From Hyphochytrium catenoides (lineage: Eukaryota; Protista; Hyphochytriomycota): a DNA stretch of 64,000 nucleotides. Made by a program: the position numbers and the translations under genes. Below are positions 35,954 to 48,009 of this stretch, piece after piece. A model generated the notes under the pieces. The model had not been told where the DNA came from. It saw only the letters and a list, made by a program, of their open reading frames with translations, and did not search any database. Numbering within the stretch: position 1 is the stretch's first letter; every line of letters starts with the position of its first letter. The DNA is taken from contig FLMG01002851.1 in assembly GCA_900088475.1 (NCBI GenBank), positions 27,422 through 91,421 on the forward strand, in the 5' to 3' direction.

Positions 35954-37155
35954 TCTGGTAGTAAGAGAGACAAGAGCTAAGACCGGGACGCCAAGGGAGG
36001 GGCTCGACGTGAGGAACAGAGAGCTGAACGTGCCAGCAGTGCTAAGCGTCCTACAAGCGTTAGCTCTTGCTAGTACGCTCCTGCAGCAGCGCAAAAGTGA
36101 CCGACAAGCTTGTCGGTCACTTGTGAAGCAGGAATCATAGAAGAACACCGCTCTCTGCTGCTAGTGGACAAACGAGGAAGAAGATACTGACATGAGGTAT
36201 CGTCTGCAATTTCAAGAGAGGAGAAAGCCTAAAGGGAAAGAAGGGAAAGAAGAGACCGCTCGTTGAGAATTAGAAAGCTCACGATAGGGAAGAGGAGCCG
36301 CAGGATGTCTATAAACGTTGCTCCTCGATACAGAGAGAGAGCAAGCCAAGAGAGAGAGAGAGAGGGAGTCCAGACAGAGGCGTGAGCTAGCAAGCTGGGA
36401 GACCGGGGAGACAGAGTGCTCGTTGGGCTGGAGAGCTTGGAAGCGCTGAGCATGCCGCCGCGGTCGAGCGAGGACAGGAAGGTTCAGGAAGCCAATCGCG
36501 AGTGCTCAAGAGCTGGCCAAGATGCTGATGGTCTGCTTGGGGGGAATACGTATGAGCCACGAACCTCAGCTCGAAAATTATCAACCGCCTATTAAAGTCA
36601 AATCTTTGACAGATATCCCCCGTGACAGGCATATCTTTAGGACGTATGCTGGTGTTTGAAAGGATCAGAAGCTGGGGGAAGCGGACAAGAACGGACGTGG
36701 GTGATCAAGAGACGTGGAGAGGCCTGAAAGTGGGGCAGGAAAGGTCGAAGGGGACGCGGCACGGGGCAGAGGATCGCCTGCTTCGGCTGGCAGCAATCTG
36801 TAGGCTCTGGCTCATGCTCTCGTGCACCTGTGATGGGCTGTGTGACGGTGGGTTTCCAGTTTGAATGGCTGCAGACAGGGACAGAGTGCCAAACTCTGGC
36901 CTGTCTATCCACAGCCCAGCGCTTCCTTATATCGAGAAATAATAAAAAATGGAGCCACCTGTCCACCTCTCAGCACTATCCTGTCATGTTCTCTACTTTG
37001 CCGCCCTAGCTGTCTCTCCGCACACCATAGAAGAGCTAAACTTCTACATCAGCTAATCTGGGGTTGAAGGTTTCCCATCACCCAAGGGCAGACACAAGCC
37101 TCACTCCCCTCTCTCGCTCTACATAGGACCGTCTTGGTCTGCATAGTCCGTGGGC

Positions 37156-40100
37156 TTAATAAAAGTGCGCTCGAATGACTCTGTCAGAGGAGCTTCGGCT
37201 CCTTGCGATCTCTTTCACCGCAAGATGCCCGGCCCAAAGCTGCCAAACCGCCTTCAGTCGCTCAGCATTTAGAAAGAGAGGTCGTCTACGCCTCAAGCCA
37301 ACGTCTTCCTCCCCAAAGGCGTCAACATAGAACGAGCTAAAGTACGATGCCTTTGAGCCGCGAATCAATAGCGTTGAGCACTTGAGAATCAAAAAGAACA
37401 TGCCTGCACGGATCCAATAAAGAAAGGTGGCCAGAGGGAAGCCAGTGTTAGAACAAGTGTGACAGGAACGGCGGAGACATTAAGAGTTCTCTCGGTGAAG
37501 CGATTGTTCTGTTGACTAGCAGCTTACACAGATAGAAGGAGGAAGAAGCGGAACAATGAGAAAGGAAAAATAAAATGCGCTGAGGCAAAGAATAAGGCAA
37601 CAGGTGCAAAGATCTCAATCTAACGCCTCACCCGCTGTTATCGTACCTGTAGCATTCCTACAGTGCAGGGAATGGAGAGTGCACTCGCCAACGTTATCCA
37701 CCTTTCTCCCAGCGCAGAGGAAGGCCCCGCAGAGGAGACAAATGGCTGGATCTTCAATTCTTGTCTCCCCACAGGAGGAGCATGCGGAGCTCACCACAGC
37801 GGCATATAGCTCTGTGTAGGAAGGGGCGAGGTGGCAGAAGTTGAGGCGATAGCTATTGATGAAGAGCAGTGCGCCAGATGGGGTGAGAGCCACACGAAGC
37901 GGCGGGGACGGAAGGAAGAGCCTGTGTCGCCTCTCCACCACACTGTAGCCATCAATTTCCATGGGCTCTAATGCCTTTTGTTCTTGTGCACCAACCGCTT
38001 CGTACTCCGCTTGAGCCGCATCCAGGCTGTACGATGGGCTCTTGCGCTTTCGGACTTCGCCTTAAGAGCAATAGGCAATCATAAGCACGAGGTAAGGAGA
38101 GCATTAGCCGAACGTAATGAGGCGCCAGGGGACTGCGATAAAACAAGACCACCAGCTGAGGGCCTTGCGCTTGTGTTCCTTTATAAGGGAAAAAGTAGAA
38201 AGTGTCCTCACCTCGGCCAAGAAGCTTTACCCGTGCGTCCTCAAGCTTCCCACTAAGAAATGCGTTGCGCGCTTCTGCTGGTACGACGGCACTCATATCC
38301 GTGCTGAAGTCGACGATCTGCCCAGCTCCACTACCTCCTGTGCCCCACTGCTCCGCCCAGGTCTACAGGTCAACAAAGGAGAAAGGTAGAAGCCATTAGG
38401 GGTTGCAGAGAGCTCTATTAACGGCACCTCTTACCTTTAGCAAGTGTAAATTCTCATGGCTACTCGCGAGGTCTTTGGGCGCAGTGACCCCCAGGTTCTT
38501 GCACATTTCAGCGCAGGAAATTGAAAGCGGGAAGGTTCGCTCGCCAGGCATCGTGTTTCGGAGCTCTTCTAATGAGAACAGGACCCGCTGGAAAAGTGAG
38601 ATTTGACGGAGAAAGGAGCTCCAACCTAAGGCCACGAACTCTACCAGCGAGTTGCCTGCCAGTATTCCCAGGGTTAGTTACTGTCGACAACGAGCAGGTC
38701 TTCTCGGAACGACCTGGGAGGAACAGACAAGAAGAAGCAAGTGCCCAGCGAGCAAGTTTTACCTCCGAGGGCATCTGCAGGCACCACGACATTCGCTTCG
38801 GCAGCTAGAATCTGGCGCAACGCAAGTAGGTCGTCTGCATGCAAAAAATCTCTGTCCTCCAAGGCTACCATTATACTATGCACAGTGTCTCGCGCTGATG
38901 ATGGGTTTGACTCCTGAATAGGAGTCATAGATGCTAAAAGATGAAAGCCCAAACTCGCCAACGCCAAAGTCCGACAGCTCATTTGAACATTCCGCCTGGT
39001 AAGCGGCAGAAGGGATGTGACGGCCGTCAGGAGATAGAGCCCATCCGACTGATAGAGAGACTGACACAGGGCTAAAGGGAAGCCATCACGAAGGGCATCC
39101 GACCAGCTTGCTAAAGGTTTACGGAGACCCAGCACACCCATCAAAGGCTGTACCAATGTCTTCGGAAGCTCTTCTGACGATAGAAGTAGTTTTGGAAGAA
39201 GGCGGATAGAAGAAAACAGACGTGCAAGCTCCTCCGCTTCATTCCTGAACCATGGCTCTAGCTCCCCATGTAAACAGTCTGCAGCGTGACACGGGTATAT
39301 AAACCGCAAAAATATAAGCGTTAGCAGCGATCAAGAAACGAACCCAAGGCCAGGGGACACTGAGGGTCCACAAGCGAAAAGATGTCTCACCTTGAAGCTG
39401 CGAATGCCCTTCCTTCTCCTTCATGATGGCCGTTACATTGGCGCGAGCGCTCCCCATCGCCTCACTGCATCGTAAAGCACCAGCAAAGGCGGCCCAAGCC
39501 GTGTGGAACTTTTCAAAATTTTCGACCTGTAGGCTCTTGCGCTTAGGGTTGCGCAAATCCTCCTCTCTACATTCATCAGAAGAGAGATATGTGAGACGAC
39601 GTAAAAGAGAAAAGCCGTGGTTCATAAGTCGACACCAAGTGAGTCTCTCCTCATCAAAACAAGTGTCTTCAGCAAAACGACAGCAGGCTCACCTAAGTCC
39701 CTCGCCGACGTCCACAAACTGCTCCGTCAAAAGTAAGAAGCGTAGATGAAGCTGCGCCTCAAGCGCCTCATTACCGCCAGCAGCTAACTTATAGTCATCC
39801 CCCTGATGCGTCATCAGCAAATGTGGGAGGTCTGCAACGAACCACTCGCATGTCGAGTCCGCACTCGTCGCTACGCTGTCAGTGCTCATGTCCACTCCGT
39901 CCAAGGTGCTAAGGTGGGGCACCAGAATATTGCTGATGGTCTTGCAAAGCGGACAGAGAAACTCTGCCCACTCGATTTGAACAGCGGAGCGTCCTTCATA
40001 GTGTGCACCTGTAGAGACAAGGAAGAGATACTAATATTAGCTTAAGCTGCAATTGGTGACGAACATGCATACATACCAGAAGACGACTTCTCTATCAGCG

Positions 40101-43100
40101 AGGCGAAGTACACATCCCAGCACTCAAAGTGAAGGGCATGGCCACAAAATTGAGTGTGCAAGTACGCCCCTGACCGAGTGGGCGGATGAAGAAACTGGGA
40201 TTGGTCCGTCCTGAGCAGGGAGAAAGTAAGAAACCGCGGAACACAGCTTTTGGAAGAAACAAAAAGTTTTATAGAGAGCCTCCCGTCACCAAGACGCAAA
40301 GAGAAGGAAGAGAAGGAAGGAAGAGGAAGGCCAAGATCAACCACGAACGAACCATAATACGGAGGTTTGAGTAAATCCAAGAAAGCCTATCAAGCCATCG
40401 GTCTTCTCGTGGCACATGATGCAAGTGAGCGCCGTCCTCTTCGGCTTCTCCGTGCTTTGCAGTGCGTCCTCCCCTTCCTCTTCGTCCGACCAGTCCATGT
40501 CGGTCATCATCTTAGCGAAAGCTGCCTGCCGTTGCTGCATGGCAAGCATAGCTTGTTGCTGAGCATTCTTTCTATTAGAGCAGATTGAGGATGGGACCCG
40601 GTGGAGAAGGTAAAAGAGATGCTCGTTAATAGCTTTCCGTTGGGTTGATAGACCAACGTATTTGACTACCTCATAGCTTCTCTCTTGAGCTTCTCGTCTT
40701 CATTCCTGACCTCCTTCAGGGTTTGGATGATATCGCTTATGTCAGAATCTAGCGCCGCATATTGGTCGAGCAGCCAGTGAATCCCTTTTTAAGAATAGCA
40801 AGGAAAAAGAGACATGAGATTAGATTCCAGCATTGACCAAGTCCTGGCTGATTATGAACTAATCGAAGGTTTTAACTTACCATCAGCCGTGGAAGATGCG
40901 GGCATTGGCTTTTTCTTATTGATGCCATGGAGCAGGGTAAGAATCGAGTAGTGCTGAGTTGCGGTCTCCGAAGTAGATTGCGTGGAGGGGAATGTAGCCT
41001 TGAACTTCAACTCTGACACCACTTGAGCAACCAAAGACTTTCCTACACCCGTCTCGCCTTCTTGACCAGCTTCAGCAATGTAGGCGGTCAAGAATGATGG
41101 GTCAACCAGGCAATGCATCTGTATGGTAAGGAGTTGGACGGTTCGAGCAAGCAGCACCTCACGATGGCGCTGAGGAATCTCATGCAACGTATCAAATAGA
41201 ATGTTCCGCACGAGGGTAAAGATTGCAGGGCGGAGGACCAGCATCCGGACCTGCGAACAGGCAATAATCAGAGGATTACATTTAACGAACCCTTGACAGG
41301 AACGCAGAATGATGGTTACAGCTAGAAAGCGATGAACTGGGAGAATACCGGCAGAAAGGCTGGGTGGGCTTGTGGAAGCCTGGCTGAGATAGGGTAGGGC
41401 ACAGTAAGGAAGGTATCGCCTGCGCCTTCTGATCGTCGAGAGCCGTCTGCTCCGACCGTCCGCTTCCGCTGTTCCGTCCGCCTGGTCAAATATATAGCGA
41501 TTAAAAACAGAGTTGTGCAGGCAGGGTCCCGAACGGTGAGCACAATGGTTCATTTACGTCATTTGGCACTGGGGCAGATGGTCCGGTATTCCAGATTGCT
41601 CACCTTTCTAGTGCAGCCTCATGTTGGGATCGTGTGAGATGATAGAAACAAGGGTCAAGCTCCGCATAGAGCTCTGGCTTCAGCTCATATTTGGTCACAT
41701 CTGTACCAACGCCAGACCCAGAGTTTCGTCGGATGGCGACTTCTTGCACTACCTATGCCGTAGGTCACCGATGGATGAATCCTGGCCCCATGTAACCTGA
41801 TTTTGACTTCACTGACCTTCATGGCAGCTGCACTAGAGCTGTCCTGTTCACTTGTCTGGGGAAGAGACTCTAACAACTCGCTAAAAGAGCAAGGTCCAAC
41901 CGCTAAGCGATGGATAATCTCACGCCGCAAGGCAGGCAGGCAGACGCTCTCTCTTGTTGGCAAGGGAGGGTGGGGAAGCTCAGTCAGCACCCAAATCACT
42001 GAAAGTAGACACTCCTCGGCAAGCACGGAGGCGTAGTCCTGGAAATCTCCGGGCGCTAGGCCATAACAGCAATGCAAACAGGATGAGGGAGAGCGTTATG
42101 ACTGACTGTCCCTCCTAATTGTTTGACTCTAACGTACCTCCATCATCCACCTTGCGTTCCAAGAACCATCTGAGCATCCCAAACCGCTTCAGGAACATTG
42201 CGAAGAATCCATCCGGTCCCAGTTCTAAGACTCCAAACTGAAGCAGGATTAGATCCAGATCCCTCAGCTCTCTGCATAGTGGAGGACCTGCTCTCAAAAA
42301 GAGTTTTTAAGAATCAGACCTGACAACGCGGCTTTATATCTGCACTGAGTTTACCACAATAGTTGATCATCTGATTGATCATGGTGAGCCCATTCCTCCT
42401 CCAAAGCCCCGCGTGGATACCAGACACTAATGAGAAAGCTCGAAGTGGAAAGTCGATTATCCCAAGGCGTAGTCGCTCGCCCTCCTCACTATCTGGCGCC
42501 CATTCACGCATAAGACTGCGTACAAATTGCGGGTCGTATGGTCGAGTGTCTAACGTATGCAACTTGTGAGGGTCGCTGGAGTAGGAGCGACATCCGTAAG
42601 GGGAGACATCTACTAGTGCACTTACCCATGTTGCCTACGAGAGGGTTGCCATCCTTATCGTAGCGTATTGTGCATAGCTCTAAGAGAAACCTCGCAAAGA
42701 ATCTGTGTAAGGGGATGTGCAGCGACACCGGATCTGAAAGCATATTCCATTGCGGCAGAGTAAGTCTAGGAAGTGGAGGAACTGATAGCACCTCAAACGT
42801 CTGAAACTGCTGTTGCTGCAGCCAGCTGTCCATCTGCCGCATGAGGTGAAATTGCATTGATCGGGCGACAGACACCTCTCCCGCTTCTTCCAATTCAGCA
42901 CCCGCTGTTGCTTTGCTCTGAACCTCTTTTGCAATTGTGCTTGCACCTTTGCCATCGCCTCCGTCGGGGGACTTGCTATCCTGGTCTCCTTCTCGTAGGC
43001 CCTTCAAAGCGACAGAAAATGTTGAGCTGAGACCTACTGAGAGATAAAAGGCTTGAATCCAGTCTCGAGACTCGTGCTCAACATGGCTTCCCGTCTGCCT

Positions 43101-45016
43101 AGTGTGAGGGTCTATTCCCTGAGCCATCATCAAGAGATGAAGGTAGCGCTGCGAGTAGATAAAAACGAGGTAATGTAATGAAGTCAGTCATGGCGGTAGA
43201 GTTATGACACAGAACGAGAAAAATCCCTACATCAGAAATACAAAGACGATAAATGAGCTCAGCCTCCTGCCATCAACCCCTTCTTACCTTGACCAATGGC
43301 TCCATTCGGGCCATTCTAGCTGCCTGTCCCGGTATATGTAGAACATACTCCACATCTCGTAGGGTATTCTGATACCAGCGGTGCTCAAAGATTGGATGCC
43401 TAGGATTCAGAAGTGCCTCTGAAGCCAGCACGCCGCCAGCTGGAGGAAGAATAAGGGTGAGGGCATGAGCTAACTGTAACAGCTTTCGCTGCGCTAGCTA
43501 TGGCTTACCGTCAAAGCCCTCACCTGGACCCCGTGTAAGTTCCATTGCTGCTATAAGAGAGTCAAGCAGAATCTCCAGTAGGCCATCATCTTGAAGCATC
43601 CTGACGAGAGATGGCGAAGTGTACAGCTGCACTGAGCTGTTGAACACCGTCTCCTCCCCCGTCCCAATCCCCCGGACATATCTGTCCGAGAGAAATGCGT
43701 AAGATCGCGTGTAGTCAACAGCGAAGTGTCGCTTGAAGGCCAGATCGGCCAGAAGGCGCATATAGAGAGCGTGCAGGAGGACACCAATATCCTTCTTCAG
43801 GTAGGGATCAACCTATGGCAAGTATCTCAGTATTCTATTGAGTTGATCATCTCCCATCACTAGTGAGAGGGTTCTTACCTTCAGCATTGTTCCAAGCAGA
43901 GTAGGGGGACACGGCCAGTCAGTTTGCAAAGGACTATCACCAAAGATTGTCTGTTGATCCAGTTCTGGGTCGGTTACCGTGAATGCTTGTCCTGCTAAGT
44001 AGCGAAGACCTTCAGACTTGTCACAGACATGTTGCAACCATTTAATCAGGGCAACGCTCTTGCTCTCCATCGCATATCTGGCAGAATCTGCCAAGGACGC
44101 CAAGAGTCCGACACTTTGAAGGTGTTGGAGCGCAGCCAGCGCGTCTCTGAGGTTCACGTCACGTTTGACAGTGGCCTGCCCCACAGAATCCACCTCATTT
44201 GGCAGCTCTGCGTAGTCAGGGCAGCCAAGGTCCCGAAGAGCTATTCGAACCTCGTCAAACGTATGGACGTCGTCGTTGTGGAGAATTACGCTATAAAGCG
44301 AGCCTACGCCAGCGAGACACTTCAGCTAGGAGCATTGTACTAGTGCAGAAGCTTACGCAAACCATACCTTCCGGAAAGCTTGATACCCACTCTTCCTGAT
44401 AAGACTTGTAAACCGCAACAGCACTGTCATAGAGATAGCGGACGACCTTACTGAATATAACTTGGGCGCGGGCAGCGAGGTCAGAAGGAAAGGCGGCCAA
44501 TGGGTCCTGCTCGAGTTGTGCCTGAGCGTGGCGGATGCAGAAGCCTCTCGGGTCCCAGGCCTCCTCATCTCCACAGTCACAGAAACCTGGTGGACAGCAC
44601 GATAAGGTCAGGATCTGCGTTCGCCATGGTGATGTTCGTGCTGAGAAGCTTACCACCGGGCTTGGTTCTATGGAAGTAGACCTCATGCCCGGTGTGGTCA
44701 CCCTGCTTGAAGCAGTCCATACACAGAACGCAGGTGTCATCTGCTTGGCAGGTATGGCAGTTCCAGGCGATATCATTTAGCTGAAACATGTAGTTACATC
44801 GCCTACGTGAAGAAGAGATGGTCAGCAGACGTACTGCTTCTCATCAACTGGAAATAAGAAGGAAAGCAGGAAGGATGCCCGTCTACCTTTTCGGATCGAG
44901 GTTGGAGAGTGANNNNNNNNNNNNNNNNNNNNNNNNNNNNNNNNNNNNNNNNNNGCGTCAACCAGGCGGCCAATCTCTGCATCTTGGACAAGAGAGACGG
45001 GATCTTTCCTTTGCAT
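37156..45016 (-). CDS. N-end rule E3 ubiquitin ligase, UBR1/UBR2/PRT6 type; 5' end uncertain because of an N gap
   Basis: UBR box RCNYMF..IAWNCHTCQADDTCVLCMDCF..HTGH..GGFCDCGDEEAW..FCIRH; ClpS-like VILHNDDVHTFDEV; SVQLYTSPSL, VSLHIPLHRF, GLWRRNG, LRREIIHRLAVGP; RING-H2 CIMCHE..CGHALHFECW..CPLCK; C-terminal PAICLLCG..SFYVDAFGEEDVGLRRRRPLFL. Stop at 37156-37158. Confidence 0.92.
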
Positions 45017-45911
45017 CTTCCTGACAGTCCTGGATGTGACCCAGCCAGCTCTCTTCTACATGATCCCCCTACTCATAATGGTCTTCTTCCCTCCGATCTT
45101 GTCCAGCATATCGACGCAACCCATGCATATAACCAAAGAGGGAGAGGCAGTTCCCTATCTCTAATCAAGAAAGGTAAGCTCACGGACAGAGGTCTGCTGC
45201 GCTATGGTGACTCTCTTCCTCGCCCTACAATGGGCCAGCACACGTTCAATGCTGCTTATTATTATGAAGGCACCAAGGAAAGGCTCCATCGCGCAGGATC
45301 TGGGTCTTCATCCTCATGCACTTCCTGCTTCCCGCGATGCGATCAGAGATCAATCAGAACGGCCTAGTCTCCCGTCAATAAACAGTGTTTCTCATAGGAA
45401 CTCTCTAGGCCTCCCCCAGGAGTTGAAGGCCAGAAGACAGGGTCAAGACTGCGGGATGTGTTTCTCTCTCTCTCAAAAGGATCAGGCCTAGCACTAGAGC
45501 GGCCCTGTCGCCGCTGTTCTCATCTCTCCTCTCTCTGGCGGCCTCATCGCATTCATTCATCAAACTGCAGCTTGTTCACCTCCTGATGATTGGGAGCCGC
45601 TGAGGATGAGGAGTGAGGGGACTGGAAGGAGCTATTAGGAGTAAGCGGGACCACGTAGACCTCCCGGAAGAAGGAAAAGCTCCGAATGCTGTTCAGCAGC
45701 CAAACTCTCTGCAGCCTGATTTTACCCTTACAGCTTGGCGACTAGCCCTCGCGATTGTCCATGTCCTTGCTACGAGTAGATCTAGACCTAGCTCCAAAAC
45801 GCGCTGACCCATATGCTACTGGGCTGAGTCTCTTCCCAGTACAGTCCCTTAGGCTAGGGACCCCTGTTTACCAAGTTCTTATATGGCGCAGTGACCTAAG
45901 GGAAGGCACAG

Positions 45912-47891
45912 ATGAGGGGTAGACAGCTGAGAAGTGAAGTGCAGAGCCTTTCGAGAACTGGGCAAGAGATGACCAACCAACCTTTATCGGGAACCCGTGC
46001 TGGAGAGCGAACCCCACTTATGGCAGCCGAGGACGAAGAAAATGTTGACGCAATGGTGTTTCTTCATTACCTGGACACAGATGAGACCGTCACTGAGCGC
46101 AGGAAGTCCTACCGGAGCCCAGCTAACTTTAACTTTAGTCTCATGCCCACGCATGACATGGTCTTCCCTCCTCTAGACACATCTCTGTACGTCGGTGAGC
46201 TCATCATTCTTGCCCTTCTCCTATTTCTTAATGCTTTGGACTGGCCGCTCACTCTGCCAACACTATGGCCCTATATATCGCGCCGCTTCAACGACTCCTC
46301 GCCTTACGCACTATACGGTGTACTACTTGCATTGTTTGATGCCTTGGCGCTTGTCGGGGGACCGGTATCGTCCTGGTTGGTCAGGAGATGGAACCTGAGC
46401 TACTCCAGATCATTGGCAGCTCTGTTTGGGCTAGCCGCTTTGGGAAACCTCTTGGTTTTCTCTGCTAGCGTGATAAGCGCGTTTTGTGGGTCTGCAGATG
46501 CGAATACATCCGCACTGTCTCCTTCACCTTCCTCTCCTACATTTACCCCTCTGAGCTTATCAGACCCTAAAGTTCCCATTGTCATGGTGCTCCTCGGACG
46601 TGCCCTGTCAGGTTTCGCCTCTGGTTCTATTGTGGGCCTTGGGCACGAGTATATTTCCTCCATCTCAACCCATCAAAATCGGCCCTTACTGCTAAGCAAG
46701 TTTGCCGCGATCAGGGTGCTTGCTATGAGCTTCGGTCCACTCTTCGCAGCCCTCTTGACTGCAGTTGACCTGAAGCTGGGACCCTTCCAGTTGGACTGGG
46801 TCTCTCTCCCATTCGTCCTCCTGTCCTTGATCATGGCCGCGGGTATTTTCTTTTCCATCCGCATCCGGCAACCGTCATTTGATCATCTCCTAGACGGTGG
46901 AAGGGACTCCTCTGTCCACATGGAGACTATTGTGGAAGAGCCTGGGCAGGCCTTGCCACCCGTCAGTCCATCCTGGACTCAAGCGGGCCGTCTACTGCTG
47001 GAACCCCCCGTGCTGGTCTGTCTGCTGGTCATTCTGGCCACGAACATGACCATTAGCGTGATAGACACTATTATTACGCCCTTTATGGACGGAGCCTTCG
47101 ACTTTACTTCACTTGAGACCAGCATACTAATCTCTACTGGGCTTATCACCCTCCTTCTCGGCTCGACCGTAGTGTCTTCGTTGGCGCTGTATGTCCACGA
47201 TCGCTATGTCTTACTAGGTAGCCTGTTGATCCTAGTCGTAACCGTCCTGGTGTTGAACTACGGGGTCCTTTCTTGGGACTCCTCTGTGCTGGAGTTCACA
47301 ATCAGTGTCCTTCTGGTTAATTTCTTTCTTCGGATGGTTCGGACCCCAAATCGAGGCGTGCTAAGCAAGATTCTCGCCACCTATACTGTCTCTGAGTCGA
47401 GGATGCTGACTAACTTGCTAATGTCGGTGGACTGTTTGGCTGCAATTGCTGGCAATCTTGTGGTCGGTTTCTCTCTGCACACGCCGAGTAACAAAGACGG
47501 TAGCAAGCCCGTTGAGGAACCACTTCAGGGTGCATTGGAAGGCTACGCTGCAACCTATCCTCTTGGCATTCTTAGTGTGATCATCGCAATCGCACTAGTC
47601 ATACTCTTGACTTCTCTGAAACGGATGGCAAGGGTACACACTCAGTTCTTAAGAACTGTGCAAAGACCATTGGACGAGTATGGTCTCACAGAGCGGATTC
47701 TGAAGATCTGTATACCGCCAGGTCTCACCCCTGTGCAGCTTCGCGGCCGTTTTCTGACACCGAAGCAAGAGGAAAACCTCATTCGCTTTGGGACTCCAAC
47801 ACCTTACATTCTCGTAAAGCGGCTCAGAAGGGACAGACTGTCTAGTGGACGCAGCGAGCACACAAGTCATGAGGACTTTACGAGAAGATAG
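45912..47891 (+). CDS. Major facilitator superfamily transporter, MFSD8/CLN7-like, intronless
   Basis: 659-aa ORF with ~12 hydrophobic segments, LTLPTLWPYI, LLGRALSGFASG, HEYISSIS..NR and SFGPLFAA. The N-terminal ERTPLM resembles an acidic dileucine-type lysosomal sorting signal. Confidence 0.85.
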   Translation: MRGRQLRSEVQSLSRTGQEMTNQPLSGTRAGERTPLMAAEDEENVDAMVFLHYLDTDETVTERRKSYRSPANFNFSLMPTHDMVFPPLDTSLYVGELIILALLLFLNALDWPLTLPTLWPYISRRFNDSSPYALYGVLLALFDALALVGGPVSSWLVRRWNLSYSRSLAALFGLAALGNLLVFSASVISAFCGSADANTSALSPSPSSPTFTPLSLSDPKVPIVMVLLGRALSGFASGSIVGLGHEYISSISTHQNRPLLLSKFAAIRVLAMSFGPLFAALLTAVDLKLGPFQLDWVSLPFVLLSLIMAAGIFFSIRIRQPSFDHLLDGGRDSSVHMETIVEEPGQALPPVSPSWTQAGRLLLEPPVLVCLLVILATNMTISVIDTIITPFMDGAFDFTSLETSILISTGLITLLLGSTVVSSLALYVHDRYVLLGSLLILVVTVLVLNYGVLSWDSSVLEFTISVLLVNFFLRMVRTPNRGVLSKILATYTVSESRMLTNLLMSVDCLAAIAGNLVVGFSLHTPSNKDGSKPVEEPLQGALEGYAATYPLGILSVIIAIALVILLTSLKRMARVHTQFLRTVQRPLDEYGLTERILKICIPPGLTPVQLRGRFLTPKQEENLIRFGTPTPYILVKRLRRDRLSSGRSEHTSHEDFTRR

Positions 47892-48009
47892 CAAAGCGGC
47901 CAGGCGTCGAGGGCCCAATAAATAGTTATAGTTAGCTAACAGGCGTAAGCGAGGTCTATAAATAGAACTACGAGAACTCGCTTTCACACCTTGCGTGGTG
48001 ATCAGACCC

